This document shows, piece after piece, positions 41,789 to 52,129 of a stretch of 64,000 nucleotides of DNA (position 1 is its first letter; every line of letters starts with the position of its first letter). The stretch is from positions 32,001 to 96,000 of the forward strand of contig JAHQWK010000011.1 in the NCBI GenBank assembly GCA_029856145.1, given 5' to 3'. The stretch is from Promethearchaeia archaeon (GTDB lineage Archaea > Asgardarchaeota > Lokiarchaeia > Sigyniarchaeales > SOKP01). The notes beneath the pieces are model-generated. The model was not told the origin of the DNA. It worked only from the letters and a program-made list of their open reading frames with translations, and did no database searches. The position numbers were made by a program, and so were the translations under genes.

Positions 41789-42322
41789 TTAGCGGGATAA
41801 TTTATACATATATGATACTAATTTAAAAAAAAAGTCTTCCACATTAGTACCTGATTTAGCACTCGTTTCAAAGTATTCACATGCAGCTAAAAATTGTTTA
41901 CAATTCTCAGATTCTTCTTTTTCAATAACTCTATTTTCAGAGTTTAACAAATCCGCCTTATTTCCAACAAGTATACTAGAAAATCCATCTATAACTTTCT
42001 CTATTTCTTCTTTCCAGTTTGTAAGGTTTTCAAACGTTTTTTTATTGGTTAGATCGAAAACATAGACTATTCCTTTTGCTCCCTTATAAAATTCTTGTCT
42101 TACCCATTTAAAATGCTGCTGCCCCGCTAAATCCCATATCTGTAAAGTTATTAGGTTTTGAACGTTAGGAAGTTTGATACGTTTTACAAAGAAGTTAGAA
42201 CCAATAGTAGATGCTGTATTTGGGGTAAATCTTCTTTCTAAATATTGATGAAGCAGTGTAGTTTTACCTACGTTAAAATCACCGACAATACAAACCTTAT
42301 AAAAAGGAAATTTTAAACCCAT
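41789..42322 (-). CDS. Rab-like small GTPase
   Basis: G1 GDFNVGKT, G2 STIG, G3 WDLAGQ, G4 GNKAD, G5 ETSAK; RabF-like IGSNF/LQIW/FYKGA. Confidence 0.93.
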   Translation of the reverse strand: MGLKFPFYKVCIVGDFNVGKTTLLHQYLERRFTPNTASTIGSNFFVKRIKLPNVQNLITLQIWDLAGQQHFKWVRQEFYKGAKGIVYVFDLTNKKTFENLTNWKEEIEKVIDGFSSILVGNKADLLNSENRVIEKEESENCKQFLAACEYFETSAKSGTNVEDFFFKLVSYMYKLSR

Positions 42323-42441
42323 TTTTTTATCTTATAATATTCTTATCTAAATATTAATGCGAAATTAATTTAATAAATTTATATTTCAAAATTTACCAAA
42401 TATTTACATTCTATATATACCTTAGAAATGCTCGGGAAAAA

Positions 42442-44508
42442 ATGAAATTACAGAAGGAAGGAATAGTCTATACACCTGAAAAAATAACAAACTTTATTGC
42501 TAAAACTACAATTGATAGATTTCTTATAGAAAAAATAAATAATAAGTTCTCAACGAAATTAGTAAATTTAGATATATTGTTTGAAAAATATATCCAAAAA
42601 GGAAATTATAAACAAATTTCCTTCGATCTCCCCATTACTAAGCATGACAGAGAGCAATTCGAATACATTTTTGAAGTCTTAAAAAATTTAACAGTTTTGG
42701 ATCCTGCTGTAGGGAGCGGACACTTTCTCATTGCCGCGTTAAAGGTTTTAGAGAAATATTTCCGCAACTTAAAGAGTTTAGAAATACTAGATTGGCCATA
42801 TTATAAAATTAGAAAACACATTATATCAAATACTTTATATGGTATCGATATTGAAACTGAAGCAATTAAAAATACGAAACAGAGATTGTTGCTAGCGCTT
42901 GCAAACTTAATTGAGGATATGAATGATGCTAATACTTTACAAAATGTTGATTCTAATTATAGAATAGGTAATGCATTAATTGGTTTTATCAGACAATCAG
43001 AAATCAGAAATCCTCATTTTACTGACATAATTGATTGCTTTTATAATGAAATTAAGAGTGTGTTTCAAACTCATAAGGATTTAAGGAAACTTGAATTAAG
43101 AGAAAATGAAAAAAAAGCGATGGTGCATGATTTAAAACCATTTCATTGGTTTTTAGAGTTTCCAGATGTTATAGCAAAAGGTGGTTTTGATATTATAATT
43201 GAAAACCCACCCTATATTTCTAATAGGCAACTAATTCCACTCGAGAAAGCAATATATGAAAAAAGATATAAGACACCAAAAGGCTTAATGAATACATTTG
43301 GAATCTTTATCGAACGGTCAATTGAATTATGCCATTCATCTTCAAGAATCAGTAATATTGTTCACAAAAACCTAATACGTTCAAATAATTATGATTTATT
43401 AAGGAAGTTCCTGCTACAATACACTACAATTGAAGAGATCATTGATTTAGGGGCTGGAGCTTTTCACTCTGTAACAGCTGAAACGGTAATTATAATACTA
43501 ACAATAAAACCACCTCCAAAAGACCATAAAATACTAATTAAAACCAAATTTCCTGATCAAAAATACTTTACACTTCAAGATGTATTGATAAAACAGGTAT
43601 CCCAAAAAACCTTTTTAGAACAGGAAAATTATAATATCAATTTAAACCTTCAATACAAGGAACTTGAAATTATAGATTTTATTAAAAAAAATAGGGATTG
43701 TGAGTTAATCAAATATTTTGAAGCAAAAACGTGTATAGCTACTGGTGATGATGAGAAATTTTTAACAGATCATAAAATAAATCATTTATATAAAAAAACT
43801 TTAAGAGGTAAGAATATCGGGCGTTTTTATATTGATTTTGATAATATGTATGTATTTTATGATTCTAAAGCGCTACATAGAGCTAGAGATGAAGCAATAT
43901 TTCTAAAACCTGAAAAATTGATAATGCAAACAATTAGTTCAAATCTTACTGTAGCTTATGATAACCAGAAATATTATCCCTTAAGTACTTGTATTGCTAT
44001 TATTCCAAAAATTAGTATTGAAAAAGAGGTTAGTATAAGATATCTTCTGCTATTAATGAATTCAAAATTAATGAATTTCTATTATGATTTTGTATTTAAC
44101 TTAGGAGCCCAATTAACGACAGAAATTTCTGTGAATAATATTAACCGTTTACCACTCAAATTACAAAATGATTATGAAATTTTTAACTATCTATCAGAAT
44201 CTATGTCCTATTTGAATAGAAACTTGAAATTGAGAGAGAAAAATAAAGGATATATATTATACTTAGATGATTTAATAAACATTCTAATTTATGAAACAAT
44301 TTTATCTGATAAATTTCAGACTGATGCCTTAAACATAGATCCAATAAATTTAATATCCCAATACTTAGTTAATGTTGATTCCGATTCGATTGAAGAAATT
44401 CAAAATTTTATTGAAAAATTGAAAAATGATAAAGAAATTAATAATCAGATAAGAATTATCAAACAACATCCTTGGGTTAAAATAATTGAAGAGAATTTCG
44501 AAAAATAA
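42442..44508 (+). CDS. N6-adenine DNA methyltransferase (Eco57I/TaqI-like gamma class) with C-terminal TRD, no nuclease domain
   Basis: YTPE, motif I VLDPAVGSGHFL, LYGIDI, motif IV FDIIIENPPY, TaqI_C-like region (LRGKNIGRF...MNSKLMNFYY...INRLPL). Confidence 0.88.
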   Translation: MKLQKEGIVYTPEKITNFIAKTTIDRFLIEKINNKFSTKLVNLDILFEKYIQKGNYKQISFDLPITKHDREQFEYIFEVLKNLTVLDPAVGSGHFLIAALKVLEKYFRNLKSLEILDWPYYKIRKHIISNTLYGIDIETEAIKNTKQRLLLALANLIEDMNDANTLQNVDSNYRIGNALIGFIRQSEIRNPHFTDIIDCFYNEIKSVFQTHKDLRKLELRENEKKAMVHDLKPFHWFLEFPDVIAKGGFDIIIENPPYISNRQLIPLEKAIYEKRYKTPKGLMNTFGIFIERSIELCHSSSRISNIVHKNLIRSNNYDLLRKFLLQYTTIEEIIDLGAGAFHSVTAETVIIILTIKPPPKDHKILIKTKFPDQKYFTLQDVLIKQVSQKTFLEQENYNINLNLQYKELEIIDFIKKNRDCELIKYFEAKTCIATGDDEKFLTDHKINHLYKKTLRGKNIGRFYIDFDNMYVFYDSKALHRARDEAIFLKPEKLIMQTISSNLTVAYDNQKYYPLSTCIAIIPKISIEKEVSIRYLLLLMNSKLMNFYYDFVFNLGAQLTTEISVNNINRLPLKLQNDYEIFNYLSESMSYLNRNLKLREKNKGYILYLDDLINILIYETILSDKFQTDALNIDPINLISQYLVNVDSDSIEEIQNFIEKLKNDKEINNQIRIIKQHPWVKIIEENFEK

Positions 44509-44586
44509 ATCATTCAATTTTTTTGTTTATCTAACAAAATAATAATTAAGATAATCTTTAGAATGTCTTAATATTATTCAACATAT

Positions 44587-45270
44587 ATGAAACCAATTTT
44601 ATCATTTGAAATCAGTATAGTATTTGACGACAAATGCCCTAAACCAGGATTTATACCCGGTTTTGGATTTTCTGCTTTAATATTTAACCACTTCACTGGT
44701 GAATTTTCCTTATTTGACACAGGTGGAAAAAGTAATGTTTTAATTCATAATATTAAAAAATTTAATGTTGATATTTCATCGATAAAGCATGTGATAATTT
44801 CTCATAATCATTATGACCATGCTAGAGGATTGGAAGGAATAATTCAAATTAATCCTAGTGTAAATATTTATGTTCCAATAAACGATTTGAAATCATTTTC
44901 TAGGAAGTTTCCTAATAGCCGCATTCATGGTATTTCTGAAATGATAGAAATTGAAAAAAACCTTGTAAGTTCAGGTCAAATTAAGGATTTTATTCCTGAG
45001 CAATCGGTTTTTCTAAAAACTAAAGAAAATGAATTAATTATATTAGTAGGATGCGCTCATCCTGGTTTAGAAAAATTTATCACGAAAGCTCAAAGTATTG
45101 CTAAGATTAAAGCAATAATTGGAGGATTTCACGGTTTTAGAAAATTATCATATTTAGAAGATATTGAGTTAATAGGAGCTTGTCATTGCTCAAGAAACAT
45201 AAATTTATTTAAAAAATCATTTCCAGGGCAATTTAAGCGTATTTGTCTTGGAGATAATTATTCTTTCTAA
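44587..45270 (+). CDS. MBL-fold metallo-hydrolase (DHPS-like subgroup)
   Basis: GFSAL, LFDTG, SHNHYDH, GCAHPG, GGFH, CHCS. Confidence 0.85.
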   Translation: MKPILSFEISIVFDDKCPKPGFIPGFGFSALIFNHFTGEFSLFDTGGKSNVLIHNIKKFNVDISSIKHVIISHNHYDHARGLEGIIQINPSVNIYVPINDLKSFSRKFPNSRIHGISEMIEIEKNLVSSGQIKDFIPEQSVFLKTKENELIILVGCAHPGLEKFITKAQSIAKIKAIIGGFHGFRKLSYLEDIELIGACHCSRNINLFKKSFPGQFKRICLGDNYSF

Positions 45271-45342
45271 AAGTGTTAAATCTATTTTTAATAGACATAA
45301 GGAAATCTATAATTGGTTTTGATAATTTAACTACGTGATTCT

Positions 45343-45837
45343 ATGTCAAAAAAAAATTCCTCATCTTTGAAATTAAAGCTAAAAATACAAATAAATAATT
45401 TAATCACTATTTATGAACAAAAGGCTGAATGTGGAATATTTTTTAAGCTTGATCCAGAAAAATCTCCTTTAGAGATTCTTGGTGTATTGGATTTTTTAAA
45501 AGATAGGATAAAGAAATGGGGGAATACAAATCTCTTCAGTTATCAAGGTAACTTATTTAGGAAGGGTCCTGTTCTTGTAGTTGGAGCTAGGCATTTAGAA
45601 GAAGCTATAAGTATAATAATTTATATGTATTTATCCAACATTGTGGACAATGAGCACGGAATTGATAATTTAATTGAAAAATTAGGATCATCTAGTGATC
45701 TTGAAGAGTTTTTAAGAAATCAAATTTCAAAAAACTTAGAGAAAGGATATCCAAATAATCCTGATTTGGAATCAAAATTAAGAGATCATATAGATGATAT
45801 AATGGATGATCTAAATGATAAAAATCTAAACTTATAA
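45343..45837 (+). CDS. Hypothetical protein
   Basis: ORF only. Confidence 0.55.
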   Translation: MSKKNSSSLKLKLKIQINNLITIYEQKAECGIFFKLDPEKSPLEILGVLDFLKDRIKKWGNTNLFSYQGNLFRKGPVLVVGARHLEEAISIIIYMYLSNIVDNEHGIDNLIEKLGSSSDLEEFLRNQISKNLEKGYPNNPDLESKLRDHIDDIMDDLNDKNLNL

Positions 45838-47112
45838 CTTCTCTGAATTGAATTCTTTTCTTTTAACATTTCGGGAAAATAATATAAGAAATATCAATAT
45901 GGTGGGCCCTAGAAATGTTAAAAACCAATGTATTCCGTATAGATATATTTCAATAACATATCCTGCGATTATTGGAGTTAAACCAAAACCCATTCCTACT
46001 ATAATTTCATTTATGGTGGAATATTTTGTTGTATTTTCTGCAGTTCCGTATTCAAGCATAATTTTCAAGCCAACTCCATGGATTAATCCTAAAAATAATC
46101 CGACTATTGCGGTTATTATTGAAATATACCAGATATTTCCCAAAAGGAAGAATGTAAATGCTACTATAGCCACCATAACAACGCTTATTAATGTAGCTAA
46201 TTTTCTTCTATATATATTCATAAAGTTTATCCATGTTAAACCAAAAAGTTGCATTATTTGTATCCCACATTGCACAAGATAAGTTAGATGAGAAAAATCA
46301 TCAGATAATAGGGCTTTTACAAGAATAGGATAACCAAAAATAAAAATAGATTTTGATATTGTTAAAAACATTATACTTATCCATGAAAAAAGTACAGGAT
46401 AGACAATCATAGGGGTTTTTGAGTTAACTACTAAATCCTCTTTAATATCTAAGTGAGAAAGGGGATCTTCTGATTGATAAATGACAATTTCTTTTGAGGT
46501 ATCGTGTTTTTTATCCTTTTTTAAAAGGAAACTTACAGGGATTAGTAGAAATGATAGTGTCCATGAAATTATCATAGCAAGAAAATCACTCCAAGTCAGT
46601 ACCCACAGAAAACCAACAAGAAGTCCGCCAATGAACCCCGAATTCCATGAGAGATTGAAAAAAGCAAAATTCTTTTTCGATTTTTCAAGACTACTTACTT
46701 TTTGCCATTTACTTAGTAGATTCAAGCAGTTCGGCCAAAAAAATCCCATTGTTAATCCTAGTAAAATCCTGCAAGTAATTAAGAACCAAGCCTCGGGATA
46801 AATTATTTGAAATCCAGTTAAAAATGGTGTTAAGATGGAAGTTAAAATAAGAGCATTTCTTATTCCTAAATATTTTTTAGTAATTATTTGACCTACGAGA
46901 GGAGCTACGATGTAGGTAAGAGCACCAGCTGAAGAGATAAAACCTAATGTACTCGCTTTAATACCTATATCATAATATAGATAATTCGACAAGGCTCTTT
47001 CAAAAATAGACACATAAAATAATCTTATAAAAGCAAGTAGAAATACTGGCCATGTTCGATAGTTTACCGATGCTTGATTTTGGTATGAAGGAGTTTTATT
47101 AGGGGTTTGCAT
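45832..47112 (-). CDS. MFS transporter
   Basis: About 12 TM helices, CRILLG, SWNSGFIGG, GFGLTPIIAG. Confidence 0.8.
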   Translation of the reverse strand: MQTPNKTPSYQNQASVNYRTWPVFLLAFIRLFYVSIFERALSNYLYYDIGIKASTLGFISSAGALTYIVAPLVGQIITKKYLGIRNALILTSILTPFLTGFQIIYPEAWFLITCRILLGLTMGFFWPNCLNLLSKWQKVSSLEKSKKNFAFFNLSWNSGFIGGLLVGFLWVLTWSDFLAMIISWTLSFLLIPVSFLLKKDKKHDTSKEIVIYQSEDPLSHLDIKEDLVVNSKTPMIVYPVLFSWISIMFLTISKSIFIFGYPILVKALLSDDFSHLTYLVQCGIQIMQLFGLTWINFMNIYRRKLATLISVVMVAIVAFTFFLLGNIWYISIITAIVGLFLGLIHGVGLKIMLEYGTAENTTKYSTINEIIVGMGFGLTPIIAGYVIEIYLYGIHWFLTFLGPTILIFLILFSRNVKRKEFNSEKL

Positions 47113-47247
47113 AATTATATCCCTTTCATTATCAAGTTAAAAATTAAAATTATGTTTTACTCAAATACTTTCTTAAAAATAGGTAGAAATAAATAAGAGG
47201 ATTGTTATTTCATATTTCTTACATTCTACTAGGGGATATTTGATCAT

Positions 47248-48024
47248 ATGAGAAATATAAAGTTAAAGGTAACTTTTTTTTTAGGTATCTTAACAATTAT
47301 AGCTTCAATTCAACCAGCTTTTGCATTAAACCAATATTCTGTAAACCCGGACGCACATTTTAGATGGAATGCTACAAAATATATCTTTATAAAAGATGGT
47401 TTAGGTCTGGGGAATGATCTTGAGTACACTCTTTCTTATTACTTGGAATTTAATTTCACAAATTGGGCTGGATTGACCGGAGCAGAATACCTAAATGGAA
47501 CAGTAAATAACAATGGGACTATTTATAACGGAGATTTAAGTCATGAAATATATTATGGGGGTACACCAGGACAAGATTGGGCTACAATAATTCTTAATAT
47601 TGGGGTAGCCACATATCCTGTATATATATATTTAATATGCAATACTGAAATAGAACAAACAACAAAACCCCAAATGCAAACGCTTGATAATAGTTCATGG
47701 ATCAATTTTAACGAACCTTCAACAAATAATTTTACACTTACTGGAACTTTTACCAGTGGTCCTGATGTTACAACTTATACAGGGAATATTGAGTTTAACT
47801 CAGATAAAGTTTTGAAATATGTGTTTGATGAAGTAGTGCAGGAATCTTCAGGTGAAACTGTCAGCATTACGCGATATATATGGAATCTCACATATACTCC
47901 CGGAACTGGGGGTGATCCAAACGGTATTCCTGGTTTTCCGCTTTATATGGTAATTGCTGCTGCTGCAATTGGTTTCATTTTAATTCTAAGAAAAAAAAGT
48001 CTAATTAGAATAAAATTAAAATAA
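47248..48024 (+). CDS. Secreted surface protein with IPGF C-terminal sorting signal
   Basis: Signal peptide, N-x-T sequons, GIPGF + TM + RKK tail. Confidence 0.75.
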   Translation: MRNIKLKVTFFLGILTIIASIQPAFALNQYSVNPDAHFRWNATKYIFIKDGLGLGNDLEYTLSYYLEFNFTNWAGLTGAEYLNGTVNNNGTIYNGDLSHEIYYGGTPGQDWATIILNIGVATYPVYIYLICNTEIEQTTKPQMQTLDNSSWINFNEPSTNNFTLTGTFTSGPDVTTYTGNIEFNSDKVLKYVFDEVVQESSGETVSITRYIWNLTYTPGTGGDPNGIPGFPLYMVIAAAAIGFILILRKKSLIRIKLK

Positions 48025-48048
48025 ATTCTACTTATTTTTTTTAAATTT

Positions 48049-48672
48049 TTATTCTTCCCTTTTCCTCAATTTCGGTATAAACATCGGCACATTTTTCTTG
48101 TAATCCTCATATTCTTTACCAAATTCTTTAATGAGCTCTTTTTCTTCTTTCCATGAGATGAGAAAGTTTAATATTATTACAATTGGAGTCGCAATGAGAG
48201 AAAAGAATGAGGATAATAGAAAAGAAATTCCAATATGGGCTATCATACCGCCTAAATACTGGGGATGCCTTATTACCAAGTATAGCCCTGATGAGACGAT
48301 TGTTTCTGTTCTATGCGTTTCTGCTACTTTCAATGTTGTTTCTTTTACACTAGCAATTCCTAGCCATGCACCAATCATAATAAGGGGGACAGAAATTATA
48401 AGATGAATCACTGGAATTGATAAATTTATAATTGGAATAGTTAACACAACATTTTCTAAAAGTGGGATTGCAAAGATAGGTTGAGGTGAAAGCCACACTC
48501 CAAACCAAAACATAAAGAAGCCCCATCCTGAAATGAGACCAAAAATATCACCAATTTTAGTTCCCCTTTCCTTTCCATATTTCTTTTGGAGTTTTAAGTG
48601 TTCAACTGATAAAAAATGGAGAATTACCATTAAACACATGCCCATGATGGAAACAACAAACCAGATACACAT
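48049..48672 (-). CDS. Isoprenylcysteine carboxyl methyltransferase / PEMT family membrane protein
   Basis: SGLYLVIRHPQY and EEKELIKEFGKEYEDYKKNVP motifs. Confidence 0.85.
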   Translation of the reverse strand: MCIWFVVSIMGMCLMVILHFLSVEHLKLQKKYGKERGTKIGDIFGLISGWGFFMFWFGVWLSPQPIFAIPLLENVVLTIPIINLSIPVIHLIISVPLIMIGAWLGIASVKETTLKVAETHRTETIVSSGLYLVIRHPQYLGGMIAHIGISFLLSSFFSLIATPIVIILNFLISWKEEKELIKEFGKEYEDYKKNVPMFIPKLRKREE

Positions 48673-48708
48673 TTTTCTTATTCTTATCTTAAAAAGACTA
48701 TAAATTTT

Positions 48709-49239
48709 TTAATCTTTTACAATATATCTTTGGATACAATGTTTATCTCCATGAGTAAGAATAGATGGTACTTCTATTTTCAGGTTAGGATTGTATCCCT
48801 TTAAAATAGCTTCATCAATATAATCACAGTAGATCTTACCATACTCTAGCTTATCCCAATCCTTGCATCCATCACAAAATACACACTCTCTTATTATAAG
48901 CTCCACATTACCATCTACTATATTAACCTTGTATTTTGTGGTTTCTCCAGCATCAAAAGTGCTGTAAATAAAATAATTCTTTAATGTTAACTCCTTTCCT
49001 AGTGATTTAACAATTTCTGCAATTTCATTCCCTCGTCTTTCTCCAAATTTTTTCACAGCATTAATAATGGTTTCTTTCCCACTCTCTCCAAATCGGGATG
49101 CAACCTCTTCTGTAAGCTTACAAAAAAGTCTAGCAAAAAAGTTAAATAAATTAATTTTGTATTTATCTCCAACTTCTCCCATTTCTTTAAGAGTATCCAT
49201 CAAATCTTCATTTGTAAAACCTTTAGATTCATTCGGAAT
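48709..49239 (-). CDS. L-2-amino-thiazoline-4-carboxylate hydrolase family (V4R-like) protein
   Basis: FGERRG, ECVF, YCDYIDEA, GDKHC. The ORF track starts at TTG 49203, but SD GAGGTG suggests an ATT start at 49239. Confidence 0.78.
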   Translation of the reverse strand: MPNESKGFTNEDLMDTLKEMGEVGDKYKINLFNFFARLFCKLTEEVASRFGESGKETIINAVKKFGERRGNEIAEIVKSLGKELTLKNYFIYSTFDAGETTKYKVNIVDGNVELIIRECVFCDGCKDWDKLEYGKIYCDYIDEAILKGYNPNLKIEVPSILTHGDKHCIQRYIVKD

Positions 49240-49445
49240 TTTAAATCACACCTCGCTTTAAGATTTTATTTATATAGTGATTAGGATGATTGAAGAATAT
49301 ATAAATTATTTGATTAGAACCTTAAGGCTTTATTTTGAGACAATCCGATATAAAAGTGAAAATCAATTTGGTAATTTATATAGCATAAACTTATTAGAAA
49401 GAAATACTTAAAATTCATAATCCCAAATTTGTTTAGGTTGTCCCA

Positions 49446-49700
49446 ATGGGAAAAGGAACTGTAAAATGGTTTGATAAGAAAAAAGGCTATGGCTTTGTCA
49501 CGCCAGATGATGGATCTGCTGACATATTTGTTCATTATTCTGCTATAGAAGGTGAAACGGATGAATTTAAGGTCGTTTATGAGGGCGATATTGTCGAATA
49601 TGAGATTACAGAAGGAAAAAAAGGCCCACAAGCTAGTAATGTTAAAATAATTGAAAAAGGACCAAGAACAGATACACGTAGCCGAAGATCTTTTTATTAA
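49446..49700 (+). CDS. cspA: Cold-shock domain protein
   Basis: GTVKWF, RNP1 KGYGFV, RNP2 IFVHYS, GKKGPQA. Confidence 0.93.
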   Translation: MGKGTVKWFDKKKGYGFVTPDDGSADIFVHYSAIEGETDEFKVVYEGDIVEYEITEGKKGPQASNVKIIEKGPRTDTRSRRSFY

Positions 49701-49850
49701 TTAGTTATGTATTAATTAAAAAAAGAATAAATGGTATAAATACAAGGAATTTTGCAAGATATGAAATATATGAAATTGAGTTTTTGAACTTAGATTTAAT
49801 CGTATTTTAAATCTTACAGATTCCCTTTTTTTTATTTAACAAATTAACCA

Positions 49851-51371
49851 TTAAATTGTATATTTTTCATCATCTTTTAGAAGAACAGCATTATCAAAGT
49901 TTTTACTAAACCACTCAGGATTATCAGTATGTACGGGAATTATTATATCCGGATCTATTGTGCCGATTATTTTAACTAAATCTGATTTTGAAACATGCCC
50001 TGATGCATGGTATCCTTTCGTGAATTGTGGTTTTATCCGAGCACCTTCCTCAATAATTTCAAATCCAACAATCTTAAATTTGAAGAATTTAAGCCAATTA
50101 TACAATCTTATGAAGGGATACTCAGATTCTTCTTCAAAAGCTTCACTTGAAGAATAAATATAAGTTCCATTATAGGGCTTTATATCTAAAAGATTTTTTA
50201 TATCAAAAAGAGAAAAGCAAACTATGAATTTATCTGGATCTTTTGAGATCTCTTTTGGATCTATATAACTTATTTCTCTTTCTGAATTTTTAAGAAATTT
50301 TTCCCACCCTTTATTTATTGGCTTCAAATCTCTATAGACTCGCAAATCTTTTATTCTATCGATCTCATCAGCTTTTTCAAGTGCATTAAGTAAGTATGCA
50401 TCTCTTGGAGTTATAATAAGAGTTCTTCCTATTTTCTTTGCAATTGAGTTAAACATTTCAAGTCTCTCAAAATTTCGTGCCGTAAAATCTGCAATGATAA
50501 GTCCTTTTGCTTCTTCAGCAGTGCCTAAAGATTTTTCATATACTATATCTTCAGATTCATTAACATCTTCTCTTTTAGCTCTAGTTCCTTCAATTATTAG
50601 GATAGACGCATCTTTAGCTTTTTTAATAAACTCTTCACTTTTTTTCCCCTTTTTTCCATGAAGTCGAAAATCACCTGTATAAGCAATAGTTTTATCACCA
50701 GAAATAATATAGGCTGTTGCACCATAAATTGAGTGATCTACTTCAAAAGCTTTTATATCAAAATTAGAGGAGAAATCATTTAGGAGTGATAGAGACCCCT
50801 CAGTGAATTTTGTACGACTCTTAGTACTTAAATTTAGGAACTCCTTAAAGGCTTCAGAAAAAGATTCTGTACAAATAAAATCTCGACCATAATCTTTATA
50901 CCTTTCTGGTTTTAAAATTCGCTTATCCTCATTTAATACCTTAAGTGAATAATAAGCAACGTCAGATCCTAGCATTGCAGAAGAAGTATCTAGCATTGCT
51001 TTAAGTAGCATAATAGTAGAAGGTGACGCAATAATTGGATAATCTGTATTAAGTAATCCAATATTTCCACAATGATCCATATGTGCATGACTAAGAAGCA
51101 AAGCTTTCACATTCAAAGAAGGAAATGAAGATATACTGATATCCGTTGGGATTAAATCTTTTCGGTATATATTAAGTTTAGGGATTAGATTAAGTTGAAG
51201 TAGATCGTGAATACCTCTTGGCTTTCTTGGGGAAATAAATTCTTGAAAAAAATCTCCATATTTTTTAAAATTCATTCCAAAATCAAGAAAAAAGCCTTGA
51301 CCTTTTTCCTCTATATATATTTTATTTCCTCCAATTGTATCATTACCATCAAAAATCTGTATAGATGTCAT
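49851..51371 (-). CDS. MBL/beta-CASP ribonuclease (RNase J-like)
   Basis: IGGNK, DFG, SHAHMDH, VDHS, YTGDFR, HASGH, IPVH. Confidence 0.82.
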   Translation of the reverse strand: MTSIQIFDGNDTIGGNKIYIEEKGQGFFLDFGMNFKKYGDFFQEFISPRKPRGIHDLLQLNLIPKLNIYRKDLIPTDISISSFPSLNVKALLLSHAHMDHCGNIGLLNTDYPIIASPSTIMLLKAMLDTSSAMLGSDVAYYSLKVLNEDKRILKPERYKDYGRDFICTESFSEAFKEFLNLSTKSRTKFTEGSLSLLNDFSSNFDIKAFEVDHSIYGATAYIISGDKTIAYTGDFRLHGKKGKKSEEFIKKAKDASILIIEGTRAKREDVNESEDIVYEKSLGTAEEAKGLIIADFTARNFERLEMFNSIAKKIGRTLIITPRDAYLLNALEKADEIDRIKDLRVYRDLKPINKGWEKFLKNSEREISYIDPKEISKDPDKFIVCFSLFDIKNLLDIKPYNGTYIYSSSEAFEEESEYPFIRLYNWLKFFKFKIVGFEIIEEGARIKPQFTKGYHASGHVSKSDLVKIIGTIDPDIIIPVHTDNPEWFSKNFDNAVLLKDDEKYTI

Positions 51372-51545
51372 TATTATGGAGAATTTCTTTTACCTATTCT
51401 TTTATCATCTTTTCCATATTAAAAAGATTATAAAACTGATTGCTTTATCTACAATTTTATAGAAATTATATAAAGGTATTGTTCTTCTATTCTATTTATT
51501 AATTTAATTGACTTCTTATATAATTTTTACTAACTTTATGTGAAA

Positions 51546-52010
51546 TTATAATTTCAATTCATAAAATTTTGCATTCTCAAATGGATTATAACGATAAGGA
51601 GTAATTTCTTTAAATCCTAAAGCCAAATATAGAGTTATCGCCTCTTTCATAAAAGGTAATGTATCTAAACGCATATATTTATATCCAATTTCTTTTGCTT
51701 TATGGATGATTGCAGTTGATAAACCTTTTCCAATATTTTTTCTTCGATATTTTGGGCGAATATATAATCTTTTCATCTCACATACATCATCTTGGAATTT
51801 TCTTACAGCTACACATCCTACCAGTTTATCCTCATAATAAGCTAATAAAATACATCCTTCTGGCGGAGAATAATGCCCAGGTAATGTTTTTAATTCCTCC
51901 TTAAAATTTTGAAAGTTCAAATCAATACCTAAATAATTGGCATATTCAATGAAAAGCTTTTGGGTACGTTTAATTTGTTTTTCTGTTAATGCTTGTTTAA
52001 ATACTAACAT
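51546..52010 (-). CDS. GNAT family N-acetyltransferase
   Basis: EMKRLYIRPKYRRKNIG, MRLDT, LYLALGF. Confidence 0.9.
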   Translation of the reverse strand: MLVFKQALTEKQIKRTQKLFIEYANYLGIDLNFQNFKEELKTLPGHYSPPEGCILLAYYEDKLVGCVAVRKFQDDVCEMKRLYIRPKYRRKNIGKGLSTAIIHKAKEIGYKYMRLDTLPFMKEAITLYLALGFKEITPYRYNPFENAKFYELKL

Positions 52011-52129
52011 CCTTAAAGTTTTTAATAACTTGGCTTGTAAACTCTTTTCAAATTTATTAATAATTACCTATAAGCTTCCTTTAAATTAAAAAAGAATACT
52101 TTAAATAAGAATTATCAATAGGTAAAACC

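Noticed and set aside
48049-48672. ICMT-family gene as evidence for prenylation of the Rab-like GTPase
   Set aside because: The GTPase has no C-terminal Cys motif, and ICMT/PEMT-family genes are widespread in prokaryotes.
49314-49631. 105-aa ORF antisense to the cold-shock gene
   Set aside because: A shadow ORF opposite a clearly conserved csp gene.
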